Assembly (NCBI GenBank): GCA_002376005.1
Contig: DFNJ01000022.1
Coordinates: 42,434 to 106,433, forward strand
Reading direction: 5' to 3'
DNA from: Firmicutes bacterium UBA3570
Lineage (GTDB): Bacteria; Bacillota; Sulfobacillia; UBA3561
Length of the DNA: 64,000 bases
Program-made: the position numbers and the translations under genes
In this document: piece after piece, positions 48,939-58,442 of the stretch
Numbering within the stretch: the stretch's first letter is position 1
How the letters are laid out: each line of letters starts with the position of its first letter
The notes under the pieces: model-generated
The model's input: the letters and a program-made list of their open reading frames with translations, nothing else
What the model was told of the DNA's origin: nothing
Databases searched by the model: none

Positions 48939-50135
48939 TCATGTTTGCGTGGTCAGACCGAAGGTGCGATGCAGCACCCTGAGTGCTCGCGTCAGGTCGG
49001 CGGCAGCAACCGCAAAGCGGATGTACAGCGGGGTGTGATACATGGCCAGGGTCTCCACCGCCGCCGTCCGCAGATCCCGGTATGCCGCCAGCGGGAGCTC
49101 CGGTTCCTCGGCTAGCCGGTAACCCACCGCCGTGGCCTCAGCACAGGGTCGCTCCAGTGCCAGTCGCCACCCGGCAGTGGCCAGTGCCTCTGCCCAGGCA
49201 CCGCTGGGATACGCGCCGGTGCACAGCATGCAGCCGCTGGGGTCCACCATCCCGCAGGACAGCCCCCTCAGCGCCTGCGTGGGCTTCTGCCGGCTGCCGA
49301 CCCGGTCGTCATATATCAAGTAGGCCAGGGACACCCGCTCCCGGTGCGCGATGGCTTTCACTGCAGAAGGGGCTGAGCAGCTTGGGTGGCGGTGATCTAT
49401 GAGAGTGCCCTCGTCTTCGCTGAAGTTGCCGCGTACTCGTATGGGCAGTCGGTGCGTGGCGGCCAAGCGAATGGCACGCGGGTGTACTATCCGCATGCCG
49501 GAGGAAGCCAGCAACCACGCTTCGTCGTAGGTAAGGTGCGGCACCGCACCCGCCTCGGGAACCACCCGGGGATCGGCGGTTCTGACCCCGTCAACATCAG
49601 TGTAGATTTCTATCAACTCCGCCCCCACTGCCGCGGCCAGCGCAGCAGCTGTGGTATCGCTGCCACCACGGCCCAGAGTGGTGATCTTGCCAGAACGGGT
49701 GGTCCCCTGAAATCCGGCAACTACCACCACGTAGCCCTGGTGCAGGTGATGAAGTACGGTCTCAGGACGTACCTCTACGATGCGGGCATCTCCGTGTCCA
49801 TCATCGGTGATGATGCCCGCCTGGGGTCCGCTGAGCACCACCACGCGATCCAGACCGCCGCGGCGGAAGCTGTTGGCCACCACCACGCACGCAATCAGCT
49901 CACCGCAAGACAGCAACAGATCCAGCTCGTCGGGAGGGCCGGTCGGCCACACCCCTCGGGCCAGGGCCAGAAGGGTGTCGGTAGCGTAGGGGTGGCCGGA
50001 CCGCCCCATGGCTGAGACCACCACCAGCACTCGGTAGCCCGCCTCCACCGCCCGCATGACATGGGCCAGCGCCCGGCAGCGGGCGTGGGGGGTATGCACG
50101 GATGTACCACCGAACTTCTGGACCAGGACTCGCAT
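48939..50135 (-). CDS. dapG: Aspartate kinase (DapG-type, sporulation-associated position)
   Basis: VQKFGGTSV start, kinase core and two C-terminal ACT domains; start trimmed to MRVLVQKFGG. Confidence 0.85.
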   Translation of the reverse strand: MRVLVQKFGGTSVHTPHARCRALAHVMRAVEAGYRVLVVVSAMGRSGHPYATDTLLALARGVWPTGPPDELDLLLSCGELIACVVVANSFRRGGLDRVVVLSGPQAGIITDDGHGDARIVEVRPETVLHHLHQGYVVVVAGFQGTTRSGKITTLGRGGSDTTAAALAAAVGAELIEIYTDVDGVRTADPRVVPEAGAVPHLTYDEAWLLASSGMRIVHPRAIRLAATHRLPIRVRGNFSEDEGTLIDHRHPSCSAPSAVKAIAHRERVSLAYLIYDDRVGSRQKPTQALRGLSCGMVDPSGCMLCTGAYPSGAWAEALATAGWRLALERPCAEATAVGYRLAEEPELPLAAYRDLRTAAVETLAMYHTPLYIRFAVAAADLTRALRVLHRTFGLTTQT

Positions 50136-50236
50136 TGACGTACACCAACCATTCCAGGCTCTCGAGGGTACAGCTCCTCTTGGCACACACAGACAGCGCA
50201 TGAGTGCAATGGCGTTACCCACCCGGAAATCCTGCC

Positions 50237-50827
50237 TCAAGCTTGGCGCCCTATCAGCAGCGGTTGCAGCTGCTCCCCTTGAAGCGCTCGCTCGGCAGCC
50301 AGGATGATGAGTTCTAGGTCCGATTGCAGGGAGCGGGGCTTCCCCGTCGGGTCATCCTGGCCGAAGGGAACGAAGTATATGTCCCTGACCACTAGCAGGC
50401 GCGCGAGATTGACGGCGTTTAACCCCAAGAGATCATTGCTGGATACGGCCAGGAGCACCGGCCGCCGATTGCGGAGTTGAGCCTTGACCGCCATGGTGAC
50501 CGGACCGTCGGTTATGGCGTTGGCGATCTTGGCCAGGGTGTTCCCGGTGCAGGGAGCCACGATCAGGAGATCCAGCAACTTCTGAGGACCTATCGGTTCC
50601 GCCTCCACCACCGATGTCCAGAGCCGATGGCCACATATGGCCTCCAGCTCCGCACGCCACTGCTCGGGAGCCCCGAACCTGGTGGGTTCACTCAGCACTG
50701 CAGGCGAGGCGATGGGACGGACCTCGGCACCCATGTCCACTAGCCTCCTCATTTCGGGCAACACGCGCGATATCGTGCAGTGAGACCCGGTGACCGCCCA
50801 ACCAATCCGTTTACCGCGGAAATCCAT
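50237..50827 (-). CDS. dpaB: Dipicolinate synthase subunit B (DpaB/SpoVFB, flavoprotein family)
   Basis: IGWAVTGSHCT flavoprotein N-terminus, ~196 aa; directly downstream of dpaA. Confidence 0.8.
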   Translation of the reverse strand: MDFRGKRIGWAVTGSHCTISRVLPEMRRLVDMGAEVRPIASPAVLSEPTRFGAPEQWRAELEAICGHRLWTSVVEAEPIGPQKLLDLLIVAPCTGNTLAKIANAITDGPVTMAVKAQLRNRRPVLLAVSSNDLLGLNAVNLARLLVVRDIYFVPFGQDDPTGKPRSLQSDLELIILAAERALQGEQLQPLLIGRQA

Positions 50828-51719
50828 CAACTTCACCTCCCAGGTGGCGGGACTCTTGCAGCACGTGGGTTAGAACCCAAAACAACACCCGGCCGGCGCT
50901 CACCGGGGCAACCCGGGCGGGCAACCCGGGAGCGAGGATGGTCCTCAGGCCCAACTGTCTGGCCGCCTCGTGGTCGACCCCGCCCGGCGCGCTGGCTATG
51001 TCCACGATGACCAGTTGCCTTGGCGCGCACATCAGCACTTCGGCGGTCACCACGGGAGCGGGTATGGTGTTGAACAGCACGTCGGCGCGGCGGATGAATT
51101 CGCCCAATCGTTCCAGCGACTGCGCGCAGCAGCTCATTTGCCACGCGCGGGCACACGAGGCCGGGTTTCGGGCCAGGGCGTACACTCTTGCCCCCATCCG
51201 TTCTAGCAGCCAGGCCAGAGTCAACCCCATGCGACCCAGCCCCAGAACCAGCGCGCGGCTGCCGTGCACGGTAACCGGCATCATCTCCATGGCCAGAGCC
51301 AGGGCACCTTCCGCGGAGGCGACCGAGTTGTAAATCGCGAAGTCATCGCGCTGCCGGTACTCGCACACGCTCCACGGGCCCTGATCCAACAGCTTCCGGA
51401 AGGTGGGATCAATCTTGCCCACAAATAACAAGCACCCCGGGGACAGCATTCCCAGTTCCCGGGATGCCAGCCGAAGTCCACTGTCGGGCGGAGACAGGAT
51501 GTAGCCTTCGCCGTCGATTCCACTAACGGGACCTACCACTACCTGGGCGCCCCGGAGAGCCTCGGGCCAGCCGCTGATGTTCACTGCTGGTGGTGGCTCC
51601 TGTCGCCAGGGAACCCCTACCGCCCGCACCAGCCATCCGGCCGCAGCGCATAATCTCGCCGTTTCCCTCTCCCGGCCATCACCGCCAACAAACGTTACCA
51701 CCAATGGGGGCCAGCGCAT
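50811..51719 (-). CDS. dpaA: Dipicolinate synthase subunit A (DpaA/SpoVFA)
   Basis: 302 aa; NAD(P)-binding Rossmann core LVLGLGRMGLTLAWLL and DpaA-like N-terminus VTFVGGDGRE. Confidence 0.8.
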   Translation of the reverse strand: MRWPPLVVTFVGGDGRERETARLCAAAGWLVRAVGVPWRQEPPPAVNISGWPEALRGAQVVVGPVSGIDGEGYILSPPDSGLRLASRELGMLSPGCLLFVGKIDPTFRKLLDQGPWSVCEYRQRDDFAIYNSVASAEGALALAMEMMPVTVHGSRALVLGLGRMGLTLAWLLERMGARVYALARNPASCARAWQMSCCAQSLERLGEFIRRADVLFNTIPAPVVTAEVLMCAPRQLVIVDIASAPGGVDHEAARQLGLRTILAPGLPARVAPVSAGRVLFWVLTHVLQESRHLGGEVDGFPR

Positions 51720-51798
51720 CCCTCGTCACCCCTGAGTCCCGCTCATTCGTCGCTTTCAGTATATGAGGTGCTGGGGACAGGGGTTATCGGGATCGCGC

Positions 51799-52320
51799 TT
51801 ACTGAATCTCCACGTCGAACGCTCCGTGGCGACGGAGGATCTGGGCCGCCCGTAACAGGCGATCCTCTTGGGACCGAACTATAACCAGCACATTCCCTTC
51901 CTTCACGCGCCTTTCGTAGTGTCGGGCCCGCTGGTCCGGCAACCCCAGGTCCACCAGTCCACCGGCGATACCCCCGCTGACCGCGCCAGCCACCGCCGCG
52001 GTGATGGGACCAGCTGCCAGAACTGCACCCACACCAGGTACCGCCACCGCACCCATACTGGTCACCAATCCCCCGAAGGCTCCCGCTAGGGTTCCGTTGA
52101 GGGTGCCATCGGCGTAGCCGATCTCCTCCTGGCCTACCGCAGCCTCGCGGGCTTCTGCACTTGCCCCCGGTGGCCGCTCCGGACGCCTGGCAACAAGGGA
52201 GATTTCCTCCGGGCCCAACCCCTCCTCCCACCGGAGGTCGTGCAGCGCTTCTCGCGCCTGGTCCGCAGCCCGGAACACGCCTGCGAGCGTCTTCGTCACC
52301 GGCTGCTCGCTCCTTTCCAT
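51799..52320 (-). CDS. General stress protein 17M / YflT-like (DUF1269, glycine-zipper C-terminus)
   Basis: N-terminal AGVFRAADQAREALHDLRWEEGLGPEEISLVARR and Gly-zipper segment; start trimmed to MERSEQ. Confidence 0.55.
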   Translation of the reverse strand: MERSEQPVTKTLAGVFRAADQAREALHDLRWEEGLGPEEISLVARRPERPPGASAEAREAAVGQEEIGYADGTLNGTLAGAFGGLVTSMGAVAVPGVGAVLAAGPITAAVAGAVSGGIAGGLVDLGLPDQRARHYERRVKEGNVLVIVRSQEDRLLRAAQILRRHGAFDVEIQ

Positions 52321-52333
52321 CAGCTTCCGAAGC

Positions 52334-52582
52334 CTAGTGTGACCCCGGCTGCTTTTCCCTATGCCGAGCATCCGTGGGACATATTTGCGCAAATACGGTC
52401 CCCAGACCCAGGCGAAGGAACGTCCCCGGTGAGACCAGTACTACCATGCCGGCCTTCCAGCGCTCCGGTGGGCTCAGATGGAGGCACAGGCAGCCGTTCT
52501 CCATGGTAGCTGCGCGTATCATTCCCACGACTTCGCCCCTGCCAAGGTCCACCAGCTGCCGGTGCTCCAGCTGCTCCGGCAT
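52334..52582 (-). CDS. Putative PRC-barrel small protein, YlmC/YmxH-like (82 aa); not in the ORF track as a separate gene
   Basis: Fits exactly between the membrane-protein gene and the YflT-like gene; pattern LVDLGRGEVVGMIRAATMENGCLCLHLSP resembles the YlmC/YmxH PRC-barrel motif; B. subtilis has ymxH directly upstream of spoVFA; GGAGTGA RBS 8 nt upstream. Confidence 0.3.
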   Translation of the reverse strand: MPEQLEHRQLVDLGRGEVVGMIRAATMENGCLCLHLSPPERWKAGMVVLVSPGTFLRLGLGTVFAQICPTDARHREKQPGSH

Positions 52583-52590
52583 ACTTCCGG

Positions 52591-52926
52591 TCACTCCTTG
52601 GGTCGCGCCCCAATGGGTAGGTATGGCTGGAGAACGGCCAGGAGGAAAGAGAATGCAGCCAACGGGTCGAACTTGAATGTTCCCCATTGGACCTCGCGAG
52701 GGATGTCCAGGGACAGGAATGCCCCCAGCGCCATCAAAACCAGGTATACGCCTCCGGCCACCGCCACCCAATCTCGAATGGCGTTGCTCAGCACCGATTC
52801 CCTGGGTTCGACGGGAAAGTCCTTTTCTTTTGGGTACAACCGCGTGTAGTTGCTGATTCGACGGCGCATGGAGCACACAAAGAGCACCAGCACCACCACT
52901 GTGGGCAAAATCCAGTCAAAAGACAT
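52591..52926 (-). CDS. Hypothetical small membrane protein (111 aa, 3 TM)
   Basis: Start MSFDWILPTVVVLVLFV with GGGGGTGA RBS 5 nt upstream; track ORF over-extended. Confidence 0.4.
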   Translation of the reverse strand: MSFDWILPTVVVLVLFVCSMRRRISNYTRLYPKEKDFPVEPRESVLSNAIRDWVAVAGGVYLVLMALGAFLSLDIPREVQWGTFKFDPLAAFSFLLAVLQPYLPIGARPKE

Positions 52927-53042
52927 GCCATCACCCCCGCAACCATAATATGTAGCGCGAGAGTGCGGGATGATGGCACCGGCGCGGGCAGGAAAAAAGC
53001 AGAACCGATACCGGTCCCGCCCGGAAAGAACCAAAATGTCAG

Positions 53043-53219
53043 TCAGGAATGCTTCCGCTTGAGATACTGAACGATCAGGGCATCCAGCTGGCGACTCACT
53101 TCGCGCACTTCCAGGTGGTTGAAGCTCCTTTTCTGATGATTGATCAGGTTGTGCAATCGGCCTCTCAATTCCTCCATACGTCGAACCATCTCCGCTTCGC
53201 TCAGATGACGCTGGGGCAA
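53043..53219 (-). CDS. Spo0E-family sporulation regulatory protein (aspartyl-phosphate phosphatase-like), 48 aa from ATG 53189 or 58 aa from TTG 53219; absent from the ORF track (<60 aa)
   Basis: Hand translation: (MPQRHLSEAE)MVRRMEELRGRLHNLINHQKRSFNHLEVREVSRQLDALIVQYLKRKHS; matches Spo0E family pattern; GGGAGAGG RBS upstream of TTG. Confidence 0.5.
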   Translation of the reverse strand: MPQRHLSEAEMVRRMEELRGRLHNLINHQKRSFNHLEVREVSRQLDALIVQYLKRKHS

Positions 53220-53336
53220 TTGTCCTCTCCCTTTCTTACTTGATGTAGGTGTGCGTGTATCAAGGGAAAGTTGAAAGCTCCGCTCATCATCCTCCAGCTT
53301 GTGGCCTCCTCGCGGCTACCGCTCCCCCCTCCCTTC

Positions 53337-53789
53337 TCATTTAATACCGCTATGGCCGAATCCCGCCTCCCCCCTTCCGCTGGCGGGCAGCTGTTCCACC
53401 GAACAGTACCGGGCACGGGCTACGGGCACGATCACCAGCTGCGCAATTCGATCCCCGCGCGCGATGCGGAACGGACGCTTCCCCAGGTTCACCAGCAGTA
53501 CTTGTACCTCCCCCCGGTAGTCGCTGTCGATGGTCCCCGGTGCGTTGAGTACCGTAACCCCATGCTCCAGGGCCAGACCACTACGGGGTCGTACCTGTCC
53601 CTCGTACCCGGGCGGTATGGCCACCTTCATCCCGGTGGGAACCAAGGCTGCCTCCCCGGGAGCCACCACCATCTCCTTGGGCACCGCGGCCCGCAAGTCC
53701 ACGCCCGACGAGCCCTCGGTTGCCGGCTCCGGCAGCGGTAGTCCGCGGCCGTGGGGAAGCTTCTGAACCAGTACCTCCACCCTCTCCAC
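53337..53789 (-). CDS. dut: dUTP diphosphatase (trimeric dUTPase)
   Basis: 150 aa; dUTPase motifs (ATEGSSGVDLRA, RSGLAL, GTIDSDYRGE, RIAQLVI, C-terminal GxGxxG-like RGEAGFGHSG). Confidence 0.85.
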   Translation of the reverse strand: MERVEVLVQKLPHGRGLPLPEPATEGSSGVDLRAAVPKEMVVAPGEAALVPTGMKVAIPPGYEGQVRPRSGLALEHGVTVLNAPGTIDSDYRGEVQVLLVNLGKRPFRIARGDRIAQLVIVPVARARYCSVEQLPASGRGEAGFGHSGIK

Positions 53790-53802
53790 ATGTCACCCCT
53801 CC

Positions 53803-55299
53803 TCATGGCCCCTTCCACGGTCCTAACCGGGTCCCCGGGTAGAAAAACTGAAGAATCTGGCCGTGCGTCCACCCGTCCAGGGCCAGACCTTGGGCCCCCC
53901 ACTGGCTCATGCCCACCCCGTGGCCGAAACCATCACCCCAGAACACCCAGAGCGGCTCCTGCCTCGTACAGTAAGAAACCCCCAGCGCGGGAGCCGGTAC
54001 CAGGCGCGTGATGCGCACAGGGTCACCCGCCGGCAGGACGGCTGCCACTTGGGCGGCCGACATGCCCAGTATCATGGTCCTTTCTTGTCCTTTGGCCACT
54101 TCCCAGAATCCGCTTCGCACCCGGGTGGCCCCGATGGCCGACCTCAGGCGTTCTGCTGAGACCACGTATTGCCCAGAAGGCGTAACCAGGCTGACGCGGC
54201 GCACCCTGCCGCTGGGAAACCATTGCAACACGTTGAATTCGACCAGCGGTCCCTCCACCTCCTGCCTTACCACTCGGGCCAGAGCCTGCAGCAGTTCCAC
54301 CTCGGGCAGCATCCAGCTCCATAGACGGGGCGGTTCGGCGGGCACAGGCCGCCCGCGGAGATACGGCACCGCGCTGCCCCATATCTGCTCGGCATCCTCA
54401 GTGCGCCCGCCGGCGTGGGCGTGGTAGACGGTATCCGCCAGTCGATCCCCAAACCACAGCACGACACCCTGGGTGTCCTTCACCGCCCGGTCCGTGCGCG
54501 GATGTTCCCTCCCCGCTCCCGCGTATACCTGGCAGTGGGTGCCGTCACACAGGTCGAAGCCCTCATGACGACCACCAGCCACACAGTGGCGAAGCGCATA
54601 GGTGCGCGCGGCAATGGCCTGCGCCTTCAGGGCTTCCAGGGGCCACTCCGCGGGCATCTCCGCCGGCACCACGCCCCGCAGGTACGCCTCCAGGTCCACC
54701 TCGTTGATTACCTGTACTGTTCCGTCCGGCAACCCCCAAATGTGCACCTCACCACGGTATTGACGCCCATCCACGGTGAAGGACGTCCCGCTGGCCCGCA
54801 CGAGCTCCCCCACCCTGGAGACGGGTTGCAGGGCGCCCCCGCGCCAGCTTATGGTGAGCTCCCCCTCCGGATGGTACGCCCAGACCACCCTTGCCGGGAT
54901 GCCCGCTTGCTGCGCCTGCTTCGCCGCACTCCACGCCTCGCTGCCACTGACGAAGGGACCGAGGTAGGCGATCCAGCTCCCCTGGAGATACCGGTAAGTC
55001 ACCGGCAGCTCTACACTGCCCAGTGCCTCAGCCATCTGCTGTGCGACCCACCGGGGTCCCGACCGCCCCAGCTGCACCATAGCCCGGGCCAGCCCCACCC
55101 ACACCCAATCACCCGGTGCCAGAGCTACGGTGTCGCCCCCGGGAAGCACCAGCTGAGCCCCAGCGGGAAAGCCCAAGCTGACGGCAGCACGCCCGCTCCC
55201 CAAGCCCACCTGCAGGGTTCGTGCCTCGCTGGGGACCGCAGCCATGGTCAGCCACGTGATGATGATGGCAGCCACCAACAGAGCACGCGCGCCGCTCAT
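53803..55299 (-). CDS. SpoIID/LytB-domain protein (cell-wall lytic transglycosylase/amidase-enhancer family)
   Basis: SpoIID-domain segment ...EAYLRGVVPAEMP...EALKAQAIAARTYAL... plus C-terminal signature GHGVGMSQWGA; signal/TM at N-terminus; start trimmed to MSGARALL (ATGA coupling with nfo). Confidence 0.75.
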   Translation of the reverse strand: MSGARALLVAAIIITWLTMAAVPSEARTLQVGLGSGRAAVSLGFPAGAQLVLPGGDTVALAPGDWVWVGLARAMVQLGRSGPRWVAQQMAEALGSVELPVTYRYLQGSWIAYLGPFVSGSEAWSAAKQAQQAGIPARVVWAYHPEGELTISWRGGALQPVSRVGELVRASGTSFTVDGRQYRGEVHIWGLPDGTVQVINEVDLEAYLRGVVPAEMPAEWPLEALKAQAIAARTYALRHCVAGGRHEGFDLCDGTHCQVYAGAGREHPRTDRAVKDTQGVVLWFGDRLADTVYHAHAGGRTEDAEQIWGSAVPYLRGRPVPAEPPRLWSWMLPEVELLQALARVVRQEVEGPLVEFNVLQWFPSGRVRRVSLVTPSGQYVVSAERLRSAIGATRVRSGFWEVAKGQERTMILGMSAAQVAAVLPAGDPVRITRLVPAPALGVSYCTRQEPLWVFWGDGFGHGVGMSQWGAQGLALDGWTHGQILQFFYPGTRLGPWKGP

Positions 55300-56165
55300 A
55301 CCGTCAGCTCCCGCGGTGGCTCCGGCAGGGTCAACAGCCACCGCAGACGTCTCAGGTTGCGGGCATCATCCCGGACATCCTTCTTAGGGGTCTCGATGAC
55401 CGCAGGTAGCCCCGAGAACTCCGGTCGACGCAGGAGATACCAGAACGCAGCCGGCCCTAACGCCCCCAGCCCTATTTCCTGGTGCCGGTCGCGGCGGCTT
55501 CCCAGTCCCGCCCGCGAGTCGTTTAAATGGATCAGCCGCACTGCCTCCAACCCCACGTGCCGCCGCACCTCGCTCAGGAAGGCGTCCCATCCTTCCTCCG
55601 TCCTCAGCTCATAACCGGCGGCAAAAGCATGACAGGTATCCAGACATATTCCCACTGCCGGTCCGCCCCGCAAGGCCCGCAGCAACCAGCCCAGCTCCTG
55701 GAGGGTGCTTCCCAACTCGTTGCCTTGCCCCGCAGTGTTCTCCAGTAGTAGCACCGGTAGTTGCCTGGCCTCGCCACTCATCTCCCATGCCTCCCGCAGG
55801 GATTGAACCACCCTCTCGAGGCCCGCTGCGCGGTCTCCTCCCGCGTGACCCACGTGGGTTACCAGCGCTACCGCTCCCAGCACCGCCGCCCGCCGCCAAT
55901 CTTCCGCCAGCAGTCGAACGGCCGCATAGCGCTTTTCCTCGGCCTCTGCTGCCAGGTTGAGGATGTAGGGGGTGTGAACGAACAAAGGCCCGCGTTCCAG
56001 CATCTCCTGCCGGAAGCGGACCACCTCCTCTCTTACCAGGGGCCGGGCGGGACCGCCGCGCGGACTGCGGGAGAACACCTGCACCGCCTCACACCCCAGC
56101 ATGGCAGCGGTGGCCGCCACCTGGAGCCAACCTTTCCCGATGGACAGGTGAGCGCCGAGCAACAC
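55296..56165 (-). CDS. nfo: Endonuclease IV (Nfo, AP endonuclease family 2)
   Basis: 289 aa; LLGAHLSIGKG start, Zn-ligand motifs (HxPYxxNLA, HAGG, CLDTCHAFAAGY, IHLNDS). Confidence 0.85.
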   Translation of the reverse strand: MLLGAHLSIGKGWLQVAATAAMLGCEAVQVFSRSPRGGPARPLVREEVVRFRQEMLERGPLFVHTPYILNLAAEAEEKRYAAVRLLAEDWRRAAVLGAVALVTHVGHAGGDRAAGLERVVQSLREAWEMSGEARQLPVLLLENTAGQGNELGSTLQELGWLLRALRGGPAVGICLDTCHAFAAGYELRTEEGWDAFLSEVRRHVGLEAVRLIHLNDSRAGLGSRRDRHQEIGLGALGPAAFWYLLRRPEFSGLPAVIETPKKDVRDDARNLRRLRWLLTLPEPPRELTV

Positions 56166-56187
56166 GGTATGCCTTCCCCGCCTGGTG

Positions 56188-58401
56188 CTACCTCCGCGGC
56201 CGCCGCGGACCGCGCCTATTCCATGATCGCCCGGAATCCGACCTCGACTCGCTGCCGCCCGCAGCCTGCTGCCGCTGGCTCTTCAGTGCCTCTTTGCGGG
56301 ATAGGTTGATGCGGCCGAGCCGGTCGATCTCAGTTACCTTGACCAGCACTTCATCTCCCACCTGCACCACGTCCTCTACCCTGCCCACTCGTTCCTCCGC
56401 CAGCTGCGATATATGTATCAGGCCCTCTTTGCCCGGCAGGATCTCCACGAAGGCTCCGAAGCTGGTGATGCGGACCACCTTGCCCAGGTAGATGCCCCCC
56501 ACGTCCACGTCGCGGGTTAGCGCTTCAATCATCTTCACCGCCTTTTCCCCGCGTTCCATATCGGCGGCCGCTATGTAAATCCGGCCGTCCTGTTCAACGT
56601 CTATCTTGGCGTCAGTTTCCGCGATGATCTGGTTGATGTGCTTGCCTCCCGGTCCGATCACATCGCGGATCTTTTCCGGGTCAATCTGCATCACCAGGAT
56701 GCGCGGCGCGTAAGGAGACAGTTCCTTTCGTGGCTCGGCAATAGCTTCCTTCATCTTCTGGAGGATGTGCAAGCGCCCGCGGCGAGCCTGCTCCAAGGCT
56801 CGGCGGAGGACCTCAGCCTCCAGTCCCGCCTCCAGCTTGATGTCCATCTGCAGAGCGGTAATGCCCCGTTCGGTGCCCGCCACCTTGAAGTCCATATCCC
56901 CCAAAGCATCTTCCATCCCCTGGATGTCGCTCAGGATGACAATCTGATCCTCCTGCCGGATCAGTCCCATGGCCACTCCCGCTACCGGGGCCGCCAGGGG
57001 TACACCGGCATCCATCAGGGCCATGGACGATGCGCAGACGCTGGCCATGCTGGTGGAACCGTTAGACTCCAACACCTCGGATACCACGCGGATGGCGTAT
57101 GGGAACTCGGTCTCTGACGGAAGCAGCGGCTCGATGGCCCTGCCCGCCAGGGCACCGTGCCCCACTTCCCTTCGGCTGGGAGCCCGTAAAGGTCTCGTCT
57201 CCCCCACGCTGAAGGGCGGGAAGTTGTAATGGTGCATGAACCGGCGATACTCTTCTTCGCTGATGGTATCGAGGAATTGCACATCGCCCACTGCCCCCAG
57301 CGTCACCACGCTCAGCACCTGCGTCTGGCCGCGAGTGAACAGCGCCGAACCGTGAGTGCGCGGCAGGATGCCCACTTCGCAGCTGATGGGCCGTATTTCC
57401 TCCGCAGTGCGACCGTCGGGCCTGATACCCTGCTGAGTCACCAGACGGCGGAATTCCTCCTTGAGGATCCGGCGCAGCACAGCACCGATTTCCTCATCTC
57501 GCTCCGCGAACTGCTCCGCCAGCTGTTGCCGCACCGACTCTTCTACCGCCCGAATGGCCTCCTCGCGGGCCTGCTTGTCGCTTATCCGGACCGCCTCGCG
57601 CAGCGGCTCGGTGGCCAGCCCCCGTACCGCCTGGTCTACGTCGTCATCGGGGAGGTACAGCGTCACCTCCGCCTTGGGGCGTCCGTATTCGGCCACGATG
57701 TCCTTCTGGAAACGCACCAGCTCCTTAATGGTCTCGTGGGCGGTAGCAATGGCCTCCAGAATGCGTTCCTCAGGGACCTCACGGGCCCCTGCCTCCACCA
57801 TCACCACTGCTTCCGCGGTCCCCGCCACCATCAGCTTCAGGTCGCTGCGCGCCGCCTGTTCCCGGGTGGGATTGAGGATCACCCCCCCGTCCACCAGTCC
57901 CACGTCAACGGCACCTATCGGGCCCGCAAAGGGGATGTCTGACAGCGCGAGGGCCAGAGAAGCACCCATCATCGCACAGACCTCGGGAGAGCAGTCCTGA
58001 TCCACCGACAGCACGGTGGCAATCACCTGCACATCGTTACGCATTCCCTCAGGGAAGAGGGGACGGATGGCCCGATCGATGAGCCGGGCGGCGAGGATAG
58101 CCTCTTCCGGTGGTTTCCCTTCCCGACGTCCCCAGCTGCCCGGTATGCGTCCCACCGCATACAGGCGTTCCTCGAAGTCTACCGTCAGGGGAAAGAAATC
58201 CACGCCCTCCCGGACCGTCGAGGACATGGTGGCGGTAACCAGCACCACTGTCTGGCCGTACCGCACCAGTACCGATCCGTTGGCCTGCCGGGCCAGCTTT
58301 CCGAACTCAAAAGTCATTTCCCGGCCGGCTACCTGCAGCGTGCGGACGATCGCCGGAGTTGGGCCGACCGGCAACGACTTGGAATCCAATTGGCTTGACA
58401 C
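56188..58401 (-). CDS. pnp: Polyribonucleotide nucleotidyltransferase (PNPase)
   Basis: 737 aa; two RNase PH domains, KH and S1 domains, Arg-rich tail; GTG start with [10 protein letters not shown]. Confidence 0.95.
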   Translation of the reverse strand: MSSQLDSKSLPVGPTPAIVRTLQVAGREMTFEFGKLARQANGSVLVRYGQTVVLVTATMSSTVREGVDFFPLTVDFEERLYAVGRIPGSWGRREGKPPEEAILAARLIDRAIRPLFPEGMRNDVQVIATVLSVDQDCSPEVCAMMGASLALALSDIPFAGPIGAVDVGLVDGGVILNPTREQAARSDLKLMVAGTAEAVVMVEAGAREVPEERILEAIATAHETIKELVRFQKDIVAEYGRPKAEVTLYLPDDDVDQAVRGLATEPLREAVRISDKQAREEAIRAVEESVRQQLAEQFAERDEEIGAVLRRILKEEFRRLVTQQGIRPDGRTAEEIRPISCEVGILPRTHGSALFTRGQTQVLSVVTLGAVGDVQFLDTISEEEYRRFMHHYNFPPFSVGETRPLRAPSRREVGHGALAGRAIEPLLPSETEFPYAIRVVSEVLESNGSTSMASVCASSMALMDAGVPLAAPVAGVAMGLIRQEDQIVILSDIQGMEDALGDMDFKVAGTERGITALQMDIKLEAGLEAEVLRRALEQARRGRLHILQKMKEAIAEPRKELSPYAPRILVMQIDPEKIRDVIGPGGKHINQIIAETDAKIDVEQDGRIYIAAADMERGEKAVKMIEALTRDVDVGGIYLGKVVRITSFGAFVEILPGKEGLIHISQLAEERVGRVEDVVQVGDEVLVKVTEIDRLGRINLSRKEALKSQRQQAAGGSESRSDSGRSWNRRGPRRPRR

Positions 58402-58409
58402 TCCACACT

Positions 58410-58432
58410 GCCTCCTTCAGCAAAACCCCAGG
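58410..58432 (-). terminator. rpsO-pnp intercistronic short GC hairpin followed by UUUU (partial terminator/attenuator candidate)
   Basis: Minus-strand reading GCCCCCUGGGGUUUUGC between rpsO stop and pnp RBS; loop is very short, so weak. Confidence 0.25.
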
Positions 58433-58442
58433 GGGGCAAATA

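Noticed and set aside
48035-50135. Lysine (L-box) riboswitch upstream of dapG/dapA
   Set aside because: The dpaB-dapG and dapG-dapA junctions are only about 100 and 10 nt, too short for an L-box of about 180 nt. The hairpin at about 47995-48010 downstream of dapA looks like a weak terminator, not a riboswitch.
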